Below, piece after piece: positions 19,756 to 31,087 of a stretch of DNA of 64,000 nucleotides; the stretch's first letter is position 1, and the number at the start of each line of letters is the position of its first letter. Where the stretch lies: positions 9,969 through 73,968 of the forward strand of contig CALEAV010000007.1 in NCBI GenBank assembly GCA_937943575.1. Direction: 5' to 3'. This DNA is from an uncultured bacterium. Its GTDB lineage: Bacteria; Desulfobacterota; Desulfobaccia; Desulfobaccales; 0-14-0-80-60-11. The notes under the pieces were generated by a model. That model saw only the letters and a list, made by a program, of their open reading frames with translations, did not search any database and had not been told where the DNA came from. The translations under genes were made by a program, and so were the position numbers.

Positions 19756-20526
19756 TCAGGCTCGCCAGCGGCGGGATTCCAGCTGCCGCTGGGTGAGGAA
19801 GAGGAAAAAGTAAATGAAACTGAGGTAGAAGATGACATCCCGGGTGTCGATCACCCCCCGGGCCAGATTTTCAAAGCGCTCCAGCAACGACAAGGCGGCA
19901 AACACCCCGCCCCAGCCCGCCGCCCCCAGCTCCTGCTGCCAGCCGATGAGCCAGAAGAGGAGCAGCAAGGCAAAGGCCAGCACCGCGGCGATGATCTGGT
20001 TCTCCGTCAGGCTGGAGGCAAAGAGCCCCAGGGCCAGGCAGGCGCCCCCCAAAAGGATGAGACCCAGATAGCCGCTGGCCAGGGCCCCCCAGTCCAGGCG
20101 GGTGATGGGCGCCAGCGACAAAGGATAGATGACCGTGATGGCCAATAAGAGGAGATAGACCAAAAGCGCCGCCAGAAACTTCCCCAGGATGATGGCCCCG
20201 TCGGTGAGGGGATAGGTAAAGAGCAGCTCGGCGGTGCCGGAGCGCTTCTCCTCGGCCAGGAGGCGCATGGTGATCAGGGGCACCAGAAAGAGAAAGACGA
20301 TGGCCAGGGTGCCGAAGAGCGGCCGGAAGACCATCTGCTGGGGGGTGAGCAGGGCCGCCAACTGCGGATTCTGGGCCCCCTGGAAGCTCAGGAGATTGTA
20401 GTAGAGCAGGTTGGCGTAGAAGAAATAACCGCCCAGAAGCAGAAAGCAGAAGCCCACCAGGTAAAAGATGGGGGTGGCGAAATAGATGGTGAGCTCCTTG
20501 CGCACCATCGCGCCGATGCCGGACAT
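19756..20526 (-). CDS. GldF-like ABC-2 permease
   Basis: KELTIYFATP, PLITMRLLAEEKRSGTAELLFTYP, LFASSLTENQIIAA. Confidence 0.85.
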   Translation of the reverse strand: MSGIGAMVRKELTIYFATPIFYLVGFCFLLLGGYFFYANLLYYNLLSFQGAQNPQLAALLTPQQMVFRPLFGTLAIVFLFLVPLITMRLLAEEKRSGTAELLFTYPLTDGAIILGKFLAALLVYLLLLAITVIYPLSLAPITRLDWGALASGYLGLILLGGACLALGLFASSLTENQIIAAVLAFALLLLFWLIGWQQELGAAGWGGVFAALSLLERFENLARGVIDTRDVIFYLSFIYFFLFLTQRQLESRRWRA

Positions 20527-20528
20527 CC

Positions 20529-21455
<927 letters not shown>

Positions 21456-21628
21456 GACTCAAGGGCGCACATCCTCAGGGACAAAAATTATAACCGTGGC
21501 TATTTGAGGGGAGGGACGCCCGGAAGAGCACGGCTCTCCCCCTCCTCTCCCTCCCCTCCTGAGGTTGGGGGGTAGGGCTTGGGAGGGGCGCAGACCTGTA
21601 GCCCCCTGACCCCTCCCCCACGCCTGCC

Positions 21629-22558
21629 TCAGGACGCCCGGGCCGCCCGGAAGGCCGCCACGGTGCGGGCCAGGCCCTCCTCCAGGGGAACCGTGGGCTG
21701 CCAGCCCAGGCGCTCCCGGGCCAGGGCGGCGTTGAGGGCGCTGCGCCGCTGCTCCCCGGGCTTGGGGGGCCCGTGCACCGGCTCCCGGGGCGAGTCGCAC
21801 AGCCGCTGCAGATGCCGGTAGAGCGTCAGGATGTCCGTTTCCGTGCCGGTGCCGATGTTGAAGATGCCGGGGGCGGGATAATCCAGGGCCAGAAGGTTGG
21901 CCGCCACTACGTCCGCCACATAGACGAAGTCCCGGGTCTGGAGGCCGTCGCCGTTGATCACCGGCTGCTCGCCGGCCAGGAACTTTTCGATGAAGATGGC
22001 CACCACCCCCGCCTCCCCCAGGCCGTTCTGCCGGGGCCCGTAGACATTGGCGTAGCGCAGGGAAATGGGGATGAGGCCGTATTCCCGCGCATAAAAATGG
22101 AGATAGTGTTCCACCGCCAGCTTGGCCACCCCATAGGGGCACTCCGGCCGGGGCACATCGCTTTCGGCGGCCGGCACCGGCGCGGCGTCGCCGTAAATGG
22201 CCCCCCCCGTGGAGGCGAAGATGAACCTTTGCACCCCGGCCTGGACCGCGGCCTGGCAAAGATTCAGGGAGCCCAGGATGTTCTCCCGGGCGTCGAAGAG
22301 GGGATCGGCCACCGAATGGCGCACGCTCATCTGGGCGGCGTGATGGATGATCACCTGGGGCCCAAAGTCCAGGATAAAATCGTAGGCCTCCCGGCTGTTG
22401 ATGTCCAGGGGAAGAAACTGCGCCGCCGCGGGCACGTTCTCCCGGCGGCCGCTGGAAAGATTATCCAGCACCGCCACGTCCCAGCCCGCCGCCACCAGCT
22501 GATCCGCCACATGAGAGCCGATGAAGCCCGCTCCCCCGGTCACCACCACCCGCTGCAT
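21629..22558 (-). CDS. NAD-dependent epimerase/dehydratase (GalE-like)
   Basis: VTGGAGFIGSH, ASTGGAIYG, YGVAK, RYANVYGPRQ, QTRDFVYV. Confidence 0.9.
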   Translation of the reverse strand: MQRVVVTGGAGFIGSHVADQLVAAGWDVAVLDNLSSGRRENVPAAAQFLPLDINSREAYDFILDFGPQVIIHHAAQMSVRHSVADPLFDARENILGSLNLCQAAVQAGVQRFIFASTGGAIYGDAAPVPAAESDVPRPECPYGVAKLAVEHYLHFYAREYGLIPISLRYANVYGPRQNGLGEAGVVAIFIEKFLAGEQPVINGDGLQTRDFVYVADVVAANLLALDYPAPGIFNIGTGTETDILTLYRHLQRLCDSPREPVHGPPKPGEQRRSALNAALARERLGWQPTVPLEEGLARTVAAFRAARAS

Positions 22559-23097
22559 CCCCTCTCTCCCTTCCGGCTGGGCGCAGCCGCCTGCTAAGCG
22601 GACCGGCGCCCTGCCCGTTGTTATACCACAAAACCCCACGGGGGCAAGGAGACCTCCCCCCGGTTTCTTCTCCTCTTTTCGACTGATTTGAAGGGAAGTT
22701 GAGGCCGGATTGAAATATTTTCAAAAATGGCGGAGGGCGGCATCCAGGAATGGCAGCCCCCGGATCCTTTAGGCATCCTTTCCCGATCCCACAAGCCGGA
22801 GAGGGCAGGGGAGGGGAACCGAGAAGGGGTCTGGCGCCCCTCCCTCCCCTGTTCATTTAGACTCGAGAGCAATGCCCGATTACCTTAACAAAATTTAGGG
22901 AATGGGCCTGAAAGAGGGGGAGGGCTCCATGATCTTGGGCCCTGGCGGCCAAAAGTTATCGGAATGGTCTCAAATATAATGGACTTTGCGCTTTATTCCC
23001 GGTAAGGTTGACATTAATGCCCCAAGGGACGGGCCAGGGCAGGCTTTTATGCCCCCGTGGTCCGACCGGGGGCGGAAGTCCTTATCCGGAGGGGGAG

Positions 23098-24540
23098 ATG
23101 GTGCGGATCATCCTGATGATGGCCATGGGGGTGCTCCTGGCCGGGACCGGGGGAGTCCTGGCCGCAGAGGTCCCGGTGATGACCCTGCCGCAGCTCATGG
23201 ACCTGGCCTTGAAGTACAGCCCCGAGGTCAAGGCCAGTCAAAGCGAGGTGGACTACGCCCGGGCCCGGAAGGACGAGGCCCACGGCTACCTCTACCCGCA
23301 GCTGGAGGCCACCGCCCTGGGGAGCATCGTCCCCAATTCCCGGGCGCCTTTCTTCAAGGACCTGAACGGCTCCAAAGTGCTCTTTTACCCGGACCCGGCG
23401 GACCAGCTCCACGGCGTCAACGTCTTCGGACGCCTGGATGTCACCCTCATCCAGCCCCTGTACACCTTCGGCAAGATCAAGTTCCGGGAGCGGGCGGCGG
23501 AAAGCTTCATCAAGGTGAAGCAGGCCGGGGTGGAGAGCAAGCAGGGCGAAGTCCTCACCCGGGTGGCCGAGGCCTACTACGGCCTCATCCTGGCCAACCA
23601 GGGCAAGGATGAAGTGAAGGAGGCCCGCACCTACATCCGGGACATCAAAGAGCGCATCAACCGCCTCATGCAGGTGGGCTCCGCCACGGTGAAGGAGACG
23701 GACAGATACCGGGTGGCGGCTTATGAAGGCGGGGTGGAGAAATTCGCCGCCGAAGCCGAGGAGGGCTCCAAACTGGCCTACCAGGCCCTCAAGGCCATGA
23801 CCGGCATGGGGCCCGGCCAGGAATTCCGGGTGCCTGCCGACCTGCCCGCCGCCGAGCCCCTGCGGGAGGACCTGGACTACTTTGTGCGGCAGGCCCTGGA
23901 GCTGCGGCCCGAATTCACCCAGCTCAAGGAGGGCCTGCGGGCCCGGCAGCTGCTGGTGGACGCCGCCCGGGCCGACCGCTATCCCTCCCTTTTCCTCATG
24001 GTCATGGGCGCCCTGGCCGGCGCCCCGGGCCGGGACCGCATCACCGGCAATTTCCGGGACCCGGCCATCGTGGACTACTACAACACCGCTTTTGTGGCGC
24101 CGTTTGTAGGCATCCGCTGGAACTTCGATTTCGGCATCGCCCAGGCCAAGGTGAAGGCGGCCCAGGCCGAGCTGGCGCAGCTCCAGCACACGGAAAAGGC
24201 CGCCCTCATGGGCATCCCCCTGGAGGTGGCCAAGCACTACGCCAAGGTCCAGGAGAGCGCCAAGGCGGCCAAGGGGCTGGAGACGGCCTATATCAACTCC
24301 CGCCGCTGGCTGGTCACCGCCTTCAGCAACTTCGACATGGGCCTGGGGCAGCTCAACGACATCTTCCAGGCCGTCGAGCGCTACGGCAAGTTCCGGGGGG
24401 ACTACCTCGTCAGCCTCTATGAATACAACCTGGCCCGGGCCAAACTGGACCAGGCCACCGGCTTGTATCGCCGCACGCTGGCCCAGGGGGCGGCGCCGGC
24501 GGCCGGCAAGCCGGGGAACCTGACGCCAGCCGGGCGCTGA
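23098..24540 (+). CDS. TolC-family outer membrane protein
   Basis: Signal peptide, YLYPQL, QPLYTFGK, LELRPE, RYPSL, YNLARAKLDQATG. Confidence 0.85.
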   Translation: MVRIILMMAMGVLLAGTGGVLAAEVPVMTLPQLMDLALKYSPEVKASQSEVDYARARKDEAHGYLYPQLEATALGSIVPNSRAPFFKDLNGSKVLFYPDPADQLHGVNVFGRLDVTLIQPLYTFGKIKFRERAAESFIKVKQAGVESKQGEVLTRVAEAYYGLILANQGKDEVKEARTYIRDIKERINRLMQVGSATVKETDRYRVAAYEGGVEKFAAEAEEGSKLAYQALKAMTGMGPGQEFRVPADLPAAEPLREDLDYFVRQALELRPEFTQLKEGLRARQLLVDAARADRYPSLFLMVMGALAGAPGRDRITGNFRDPAIVDYYNTAFVAPFVGIRWNFDFGIAQAKVKAAQAELAQLQHTEKAALMGIPLEVAKHYAKVQESAKAAKGLETAYINSRRWLVTAFSNFDMGLGQLNDIFQAVERYGKFRGDYLVSLYEYNLARAKLDQATGLYRRTLAQGAAPAAGKPGNLTPAGR

Positions 24541-24664
24541 TGGCAGCGGGGGGACGGGTGAAGGAGATCACCTTCCCCCCTGCCGTCCCGAACTTTCGCC
24601 CAGGGGGCTCTGGGCCGCCCTCCCCGGCCGGGCTTCAGGGTGACCTCCGTTTTGGCCGCCTCCT

Positions 24665-25267
24665 TCAGGGAATCACATCCAGCACCTGGTAACCGGCCTT
24701 TTCCAGGGCCGCCACAATGGGCTTGAGGTCGCACTTCTGGAGGCGGAAGACGTGGCGGCGGCGCCGGCCCTTGGTGAGTCCCAGGGCAATGTTGATGATC
24801 TTGCCGCCGGCTTTTTCAATCAGGGCGGTCACCTTTTCCAGTTCGGCGGGATCCTTGTCCAGGAGCACATCCAGGCGGGAGCTGCTCCTGAGCAGCCCCA
24901 GCATGGAGAGGAAGGCGGCCAGGAGATCCAGGGTGGTGATCACCCCCACCAGCTTGTCCCCCTCCATCACCGGCATGCCCCCGATCTTGTGTTCATACAT
25001 CAGGCGGGCCGCCTCCTCCACCCCGGTGTCCGGGCTGACGGTGATGGGCGCCTCGATCATCACATCTCCCACCGTGATCACCTCCAGCATGGAGGCCAAA
25101 AGCACCTCCCTGAGCAACCGGGAGGTGATCCAGCCCACCATCTGGCCGTTCTTCATCACCGGCAGGTGGCGGATGTTGTGCTCCTGCATGAGCTTCAGCG
25201 CCTGGTCCACCCGTTTGTCCGGCGTGATCGTGACCGGATTTTTGTGCATGATCTGCCCCACTCGCAT
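24665..25267 (-). CDS. CBS-pair plus ACT-like protein (AcuB family)
   Basis: NIRHLPV, KIGGMPV, LVGVITTLDLL, C-terminal ACT-like segment. Confidence 0.85.
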   Translation of the reverse strand: MRVGQIMHKNPVTITPDKRVDQALKLMQEHNIRHLPVMKNGQMVGWITSRLLREVLLASMLEVITVGDVMIEAPITVSPDTGVEEAARLMYEHKIGGMPVMEGDKLVGVITTLDLLAAFLSMLGLLRSSSRLDVLLDKDPAELEKVTALIEKAGGKIINIALGLTKGRRRRHVFRLQKCDLKPIVAALEKAGYQVLDVIP

Positions 25268-25415
25268 CGTTGCGCCTCCCCGGATGGAGTTGGGGCCAGC
25301 GTAAAACAAACAGGCGGGAATTTCCAGGAAATTCCCGCCTGCGGCGACCTCTGGGCTGAGTCGTCTGCCCCCTCCGGGCCCTCACCCCGGGGAGAAGGGG
25401 GGCAGCCCCCGGGTT

Positions 25416-26537
25416 TCAGTTGGTGGCCAAAACACTCTGCATGGTGGCCACCAGGTGCTCCGCCTCCCCGATGTAGCAGGAGAGATTGGCCCGGTGGTTG
25501 GCCAGGATCCCGTCCTTGGCGGCATCGGTGATGATCCAGGGGGCGAGATGCGTGCCGGCGTGCAGGGCGTGGATGGTGTCGTCCAGGAGCTTGTGGGTGT
25601 TTTTCTTCAAGAGCTCGGCGGCAAAATCCTCCTTCACCGCCTCCAGCATCTGGGACATGCCCACCGCCACCCCCTGGGAGAAGTAGAAGTAATCGTCGGT
25701 TCTCGTCCAGCGCACCGGGGTGCCGTCGGCCTCGGTGTCCTTGATGAGGTTGTGGTAGCAGCTCCCCAGGATGTCCTTGTAGTTGCCCAAAAGCGCAATG
25801 AGATTGTCCACCCGGGCATAGAAGCGGCTGCGGCCCCGCTGCAGATCCTCCATATAGATTTTAAGATCCTGGATGGCCTCCCGGTATTTGCCCGAGGCCG
25901 AAGGAAACCAGTATTTGTCCGGGCTCACCATGAGGAAGTTCATGGCTTCATTCACCTGGGGGTTGTAGGCCTCGGTGATGGCAAAGCGGGTCAGGTTCTC
26001 ATTGAGGACCACGATGGTGCGCCGGGCCACCTCCAGCACCCCCAGCTGGTGGTGGTTGACGTTGTCCGTGAGGCCCAGCTTGCCGAAGACGATGGTGTTG
26101 GGCCGCCAGCCGAGGAAGCGCCTGTTGACCTCGTCATCAATGATTTTGATGAGGGCCTGGGTGAAGGCCACCCCCTTCACCGCCGCCTTGGGTGGGGGGG
26201 CCCCGGGGGCCAGGGGCGGCGCCACCGGAGAAGCCGGGGGCACCGAGGGGGCTTTCGGGGCCTCAGCGCCCGGTTCCTCCGGCCTGCCCTCCTCCGGGGC
26301 CGGAGGGGCGGGGGCCGGGGTGGGGACTGTCAGCGACGGCGCCGGGGCCAGGGCCGCCTGCTCCCCCTCCCCGGGCGCTCCCCTCCAGGCCCTCCAGCGG
26401 CCATGCAGGAAGAGGCCCGCAAAAAAGAGGAGCACCAGCACCACGATGACCAGCAGGCGGTGCTTCAGCAGCTTGAAGAGGGAGGAGGCCCGGGGGGGCG
26501 GCTCCGGGGGCAGGGGGGCGGGCATCTCAGTAGTCAT
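25416..26537 (-). CDS. Membrane-anchored protein, DUF2333-like
   Basis: TM helix, Pro-rich linker, then GWRPN...DNVNHHQLGVLE...WFPSA...ARVDNL...DDYFYFSQG...ANHRANL. Confidence 0.65.
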   Translation of the reverse strand: MTTEMPAPLPPEPPPRASSLFKLLKHRLLVIVVLVLLFFAGLFLHGRWRAWRGAPGEGEQAALAPAPSLTVPTPAPAPPAPEEGRPEEPGAEAPKAPSVPPASPVAPPLAPGAPPPKAAVKGVAFTQALIKIIDDEVNRRFLGWRPNTIVFGKLGLTDNVNHHQLGVLEVARRTIVVLNENLTRFAITEAYNPQVNEAMNFLMVSPDKYWFPSASGKYREAIQDLKIYMEDLQRGRSRFYARVDNLIALLGNYKDILGSCYHNLIKDTEADGTPVRWTRTDDYFYFSQGVAVGMSQMLEAVKEDFAAELLKKNTHKLLDDTIHALHAGTHLAPWIITDAAKDGILANHRANLSCYIGEAEHLVATMQSVLATN

Positions 26538-27115
26538 GGCTGATGACTCTCCTTGGCAGCGCCGACAGGCGAACCCTCCGAGAAAATCTCCGCCTCAAAG
26601 ACATAGATGCGGGTCTCCGGGTCCTTCCAGGCCGAAGGCGGCAACCCCGCCTTGCAGCAGGTCTGCTCCAGAAAGGTGGTGCGGTTCCAGCGATATTCCG
26701 TGGCCACCTGCGGAAGCAAAAGGCCCCGGCAGAGCCCCCGCTCGATATACAGGCCATGCCTGCCCACCTCAATCTCCCGGGGGTCCTCGATCCGGCGCAT
26801 GGGCGTCAGGACGGAGATCTCCAGCTCCACCTCCGGGAGCTCCGCGGCGGCAAGCGGGGGAAAGCGGGGGTCCTGGAAGGCGGCGGCCTGGGCCATCTCC
26901 GCCACCGCCTGGGCCAGGGGCTTGACGGCCTCCAGATAGCCGATGCAGCCCCGCAGCCGCCCCTGCCGGTGCAGGGTGACGAAGACCCCCCGGGGCTCCC
27001 GCAGGGCCGGGGGCAGACTCTGGGGCAGCTGCAGGGCCCGCTTCTCCAGGCCGGCGGCGATGCTCTCCCGGGCGATCTGGAGGAGGAGGCGCCGTTCGGC
27101 CTCCGACAGGGGCAT
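26534..27115 (-). CDS. AMMECR1-domain protein (AmmeMemoRadiSam protein A)
   Basis: GVFVTL, LRGCIG, AAFQDPRF, EISVLTP, GRHGL, GLLLPQVA, KAGL. Confidence 0.9.
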   Translation of the reverse strand: MPLSEAERRLLLQIARESIAAGLEKRALQLPQSLPPALREPRGVFVTLHRQGRLRGCIGYLEAVKPLAQAVAEMAQAAAFQDPRFPPLAAAELPEVELEISVLTPMRRIEDPREIEVGRHGLYIERGLCRGLLLPQVATEYRWNRTTFLEQTCCKAGLPPSAWKDPETRIYVFEAEIFSEGSPVGAAKESHQP

Positions 27116-27314
27116 GATGAGTCCGTCCTCCCACACTTGAGGGGCCGCCTCAGCGGCCCGGAGATGCCTGACTTCCCCTCTCATTAAATCAGATTTCCTT
27201 CCCGTGTCAATGGCAGCACCGGCGGGGACCACCTCTATGGTAGGGCTGCCTTACCTTGCATCTCCCCCCCGGAAAGGGTACATTTCCTAGCATCCCTTTG
27301 AGGGCGCGGGCTTT

Positions 27315-28013
27315 ATGCAGACTTACCCCCTCTTTGCCATCCTCACCGGCAGGCCCGTCCTGGTGGTGGGGGGCGGCGCGGTGGGGGAGCGCAAGGTCCT
27401 GGATCTTCTGGCTGCCGGGGCCCGGGTGACGGTGGTGAGCCGGGAGTTCACCCCCCGCCTCCAGGAGCTGGCGGCCCGGGGGGAAATCCGGACGATCCAA
27501 GGGGGTTTCGACCCCGGCCAGGTGGCGGGCATGGCCCTGGTGGTGGGGGCCACCGATGATCCGGAGGTCAACGCCCGGGTGAGCCGGGCGGCCCAGGCCG
27601 CCAATATCTGGGTCAACATCGTGGACGCCCCGGAGCTCTGCACCTTCATCGTGCCGGCCCAAATCAGGCGGGGGGAACTCACCCTGGCGGTGAGCACCGG
27701 GGGCGCCAGCCCGGCGCTGGCCCGGCGCCTGCGGGAGGCCCTGGAGCGCACCTTCGGCCCGGAATACGGCCCCTACCTGCGTCTCCTCCGGGCCGTCCGG
27801 GAGCGGGTCCTGGAGGTCCGCCGGGGTCACCCCGACAACGCCGCCCTGTTTCTGCGCCTGGCGGACTCCCCCCTGCTGCCGGCGGTGGCCCGGGGAGACC
27901 GGGAGGCGGTCCGGGGCCTGCTGGGCGAGGTGCTGGCCGGGGTGCTTCCGGAGGCCGTCGTGGAGGAGCTCAGCGCACTGATCCTGGAGGAGCCGCCGCC
28001 CACCGGGAGATGA
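27315..28013 (+). CDS. Precorrin-2 dehydrogenase (SirC / CysG N-terminal)
   Basis: VVGGGAVGERK, VNIVDAPELCTFIVP, AVSTGGASPALA. Confidence 0.9.
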   Translation: MQTYPLFAILTGRPVLVVGGGAVGERKVLDLLAAGARVTVVSREFTPRLQELAARGEIRTIQGGFDPGQVAGMALVVGATDDPEVNARVSRAAQAANIWVNIVDAPELCTFIVPAQIRRGELTLAVSTGGASPALARRLREALERTFGPEYGPYLRLLRAVRERVLEVRRGHPDNAALFLRLADSPLLPAVARGDREAVRGLLGEVLAGVLPEAVVEELSALILEEPPPTGR

Positions 28014-28116
28014 GCACCATTGCCGGCGGCCCGGGGCCGCCCACAGTTGCAGTCAGACTCACAAAAGCAGCCTCGGCAGCGCCCCTCCTTCGTGGCCGCT
28101 GCCGGGGCCAGGGCGC

Positions 28117-28947
28117 ATGGCCGCACTTCTGATCTCCCTCATCCTGCTGGCCTATTTCGGCGGCACCGCCGCCTACCTGGCCTATGTCTTTGTGCAGCGG
28201 GAGGGCTTCGCCCGGGTGGGCGCGGGCTGCCTGGCCGCCGGCTGGCTGGTCCACACCGGCGAGCTGATGCGGCGCTTTGTGTCCCTGGGCCAGCTTCCCA
28301 TGTCCACGCCCGGAGAGGCCCTGTTCTTCTTCAGCTGGACCCTGACGGCCGTCTTTCTCCTCCTCACCTGGCGCTTCCCCATCCGCATCCTGGGCGTCCT
28401 GGTGGCGCCCCTGTCGGCCCTGATGGCTGCGGCCCTGTGGCTGCTCCCCAGCCGCCCCGGGGGGGTCTCCCCCCTGCTGGCGGGCTTCTGGCTGCACCTG
28501 CACGTCCTTTTGTCCCTGGCGGGCACCGCCGCCCTCACCCTGGCGGGCTTGGGCGGCCTCCTTTATCTCCTCCAGGAGCGGCAGCTGAAGCAGAAAAAAT
28601 TCGGCTTCTTCTATCGCCGCCTCCCCTCCCTGACGCAGCTGGACCGGTTGAACCACTGGTGCCTGACCTTGGGTTTCCCTCTGCTGACGCTGGGGATCAT
28701 CACCGGCTCCCTCTATGCCCAGATGGCCCTGGGCCGCTTCTTCAACTGGGACCCCAAGGAGATCCTCACCCTCATCGCTTGGCTGATCTACACCGTCCTC
28801 CTGCATGAGCGCCTCACCGTGGGCTGGCGGGGGAGGAGGGCCGCCTGGCTGGCCCTGGGGGGCCTGAGCATCATGGTGCTGGCCTTCGCCGGGGCCAGCC
28901 TGTGGTTCACCGGCTATCACAGCTTCGGGAGTTTCCGCATGCCATGA
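28117..28947 (+). CDS. CcsA/HemX-family cytochrome c assembly membrane protein
   Basis: Multi-TM, WLHLHV, RLPSL..LD, GFPLLTLGIITG, WDPKE, GWRGRRAA. Confidence 0.85.
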   Translation: MAALLISLILLAYFGGTAAYLAYVFVQREGFARVGAGCLAAGWLVHTGELMRRFVSLGQLPMSTPGEALFFFSWTLTAVFLLLTWRFPIRILGVLVAPLSALMAAALWLLPSRPGGVSPLLAGFWLHLHVLLSLAGTAALTLAGLGGLLYLLQERQLKQKKFGFFYRRLPSLTQLDRLNHWCLTLGFPLLTLGIITGSLYAQMALGRFFNWDPKEILTLIAWLIYTVLLHERLTVGWRGRRAAWLALGGLSIMVLAFAGASLWFTGYHSFGSFRMP

Positions 28948-30251
28948 ACCTGGTGCTGGTGGGAGTCAATCACAAGACCGCGCCGGTGGAGCTCCGGGAA
29001 AAACTCTGCGGGCTCTTTCCCGACCCACAGACCGCCTACCAGCGGCTGAAGGCGGCCCCCGAGCTCTCGGAGGTGCTTTACTACAACACCTGCAACCGGG
29101 TGGAGGTGCTGGCGGTGGCCCCGGACCCCGAGGCCGGCATCCGCCGCCTCACGGAATTTTTGGCCTCCCATCCCGAGGTGGACCCGCCGGAGCTGGAAAA
29201 GGCGCTGTATGTGCACCAGGGGGAGGCGGCGGTGCGCCACCTCTTCCGGGTGGCCGCCAGCCTGGATGCCATGGTGGTGGGGGAGCCCCAGATCCTCGGC
29301 CAGGTGAAGGCCGCCTACCGCCAGGCCACGGAGCAGAACGCCACCGGCCCCATCCTCAACCGCCTGCTCCATAAGACTTTCTCGGTGGCCAAGAAGGTGC
29401 GCACCGAAACCGGCATCGGCGACCACGCGGTGAGCATCAGTTATGCCGCCGTGAGCCTGGGGAAAAAGATCTTCGGGGAGCTTGGCGGCAAAACCGCCCT
29501 CCTCATCGGCGCCGGGGAGATGGCGGAACTGGCTCTGGAGCACCTGCGCCGTCAGGGGGTGGACCGGATCATCATCGCCAACCGCACCCTGGAGCGGGCG
29601 GCGCGGCTGGCGGAGCGCTTCCGGGGCCGGGCGGTCCCCCTGGAGGGGCTGGAGGAGGAGCTCCTCGCCTGCGACATCCTCATCAGCTCCACCGGCGCCG
29701 AAGGCTATGTCCTGAGGCGGGAGCAGGTGGCCGCCGCCATGCGCCGCCGCCGGCAGCGGCCCCTCTTCCTCATCGACATCGCCGTCCCCCGGGACCTGGA
29801 CCCCCGCATCAATGAGCTGGAATACGTCTATCTCTACAACATCGACGACCTGAAGGAGGTGGTGGAGAGCAACGTCCAGCGCCGCCAGCAGGCCGCCTCC
29901 CAAGCCGAGGGCCTGGTGGCTGCGGAAACTCTGAAGTTTCTGGACTGGCTCAAGACCCTGGGGGTCTTTCCCACCATCATCGCCCTGCAGGAGAAGGCCC
30001 GGGCCATCTGCCGCCAGGAGCTGAAAAAGACCCTGGGCCACCTGGGGCCCCTCACGCCGGAGCAGGTGGAGGCCCTGGAGGTCCTGACCCGCTCGGTGGC
30101 CGCCAAACTGCTCCACGACCCCATCATGTTCCTCAAGCGCAACCACCACAGTCGCCATGCCGCGGCGGAAATCACCCTGGTGCGCCGCCTCTTCAACCTG
30201 GACCCCGACGAAAATCACCTCCGGAAGCCCGCCCTGGCAGAGTCCGACTGA
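28944..30251 (+). CDS. hemA: Glutamyl-tRNA reductase
   Basis: GVNHKTAPVELRE, TCNRVE, LDAMVVGEPQILGQVK, IGAGEM, DIAVPRD. Confidence 0.97.
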   Translation: MNLVLVGVNHKTAPVELREKLCGLFPDPQTAYQRLKAAPELSEVLYYNTCNRVEVLAVAPDPEAGIRRLTEFLASHPEVDPPELEKALYVHQGEAAVRHLFRVAASLDAMVVGEPQILGQVKAAYRQATEQNATGPILNRLLHKTFSVAKKVRTETGIGDHAVSISYAAVSLGKKIFGELGGKTALLIGAGEMAELALEHLRRQGVDRIIIANRTLERAARLAERFRGRAVPLEGLEEELLACDILISSTGAEGYVLRREQVAAAMRRRRQRPLFLIDIAVPRDLDPRINELEYVYLYNIDDLKEVVESNVQRRQQAASQAEGLVAAETLKFLDWLKTLGVFPTIIALQEKARAICRQELKKTLGHLGPLTPEQVEALEVLTRSVAAKLLHDPIMFLKRNHHSRHAAAEITLVRRLFNLDPDENHLRKPALAESD

Positions 30252-30385
30252 CCCGGGGCATTGCGTAACCTGCCGGAAAAGATTATTTTTTAGGTATCAT
30301 CGGGGAGCCGGGAAACCCCGGGGCCGAGCGGGTGGTGTGGACTTGTCCCGCTCTGTGCTTCCCCCCGGGAAGAGGTGGGCGGCTT

Positions 30386-30772
30386 ATGTCCAAGATCATT
30401 GACATCGAAGAGCGGCTGAGGCAGGAGCAGCAGAAGCGGCTCCAGGTGGACCGGGCCAAAAAGGTGGAGATGGTGCGCAAGATCCTGCAGTGCACCCGCT
30501 GCCTCTCCCGTTGCGTCAAATGCGGGCTGCACTTTGAGACGCAGCAGATGTACAAGCGCTACGAGGGCTTCCGCTTCTGCGACAGCTGCCAGGAGGAGTA
30601 CCACGAATACCTGCGGCTTACCCGGGGGCAGGGCGAACCCCGCTATCCGTGGTATAACCGGCAATGGCGCCGCACCTGGGAGACCTGGCTGGCCTACCAG
30701 CAGGCCCTGAAGGAATACGGCGAGTCGCCGGAATTTCTGGATCTGGTGCGGGAGGTGGAGTGGGGACGTTGA
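30386..30772 (+). CDS. Hypothetical Cys-rich (putative Zn-binding) protein
   Basis: MSKIIDIEERL...QCTRCLSRCVKCG...FCDSCQEEY; host-like codon usage. Confidence 0.7.
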   Translation: MSKIIDIEERLRQEQQKRLQVDRAKKVEMVRKILQCTRCLSRCVKCGLHFETQQMYKRYEGFRFCDSCQEEYHEYLRLTRGQGEPRYPWYNRQWRRTWETWLAYQQALKEYGESPEFLDLVREVEWGR

Positions 30773-30805
30773 GGGGAGAGGCCGGACCTCTCCCCGGGGA
30801 GACGG

Positions 30806-31003
30806 TTATTTGCTGCCCACCCCCAGACGGTAGGCGTGCTGCAGGATCTCCATGGCAAAGTCAAAGGCGCTCTGGCCGTCCATGGTGAATTCAAAGTGCG
30901 TCACCGAGCCGGTGTAGAGCATCACTTTGAGAACCCCTTCAGGGCGTTGCGCCACGGCGATCTCCCCCTTGGGTTCCAGGGTCTTGAATGTGCGATGGAC
31001 CAT
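30806..31003 (-). CDS. Small hypothetical protein (65 aa)
   Basis: GGAGGAG RBS before ATG 31003; MVHRTFKTLEPKGEIAVAQRPEG...; hidden at the end of a long shadow ORF in the track. Confidence 0.6.
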   Translation of the reverse strand: MVHRTFKTLEPKGEIAVAQRPEGVLKVMLYTGSVTHFEFTMDGQSAFDFAMEILQHAYRLGVGSK

Positions 31004-31087
31004 GTTTCTCCTCCCACCCGGGTGATTTCCTGAATGTTCAACCATAACCGAATCTCCCCGGAAATTCAACCGTAGAGTGCCAACGCC

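Noticed and set aside
22710-22724. Palindrome TTGAAA-TAT-TTTCAA between the epimerase and TolC genes
   Set aside because: Plausible operator, but a single instance with no regulator gene nearby, so it cannot be assigned.
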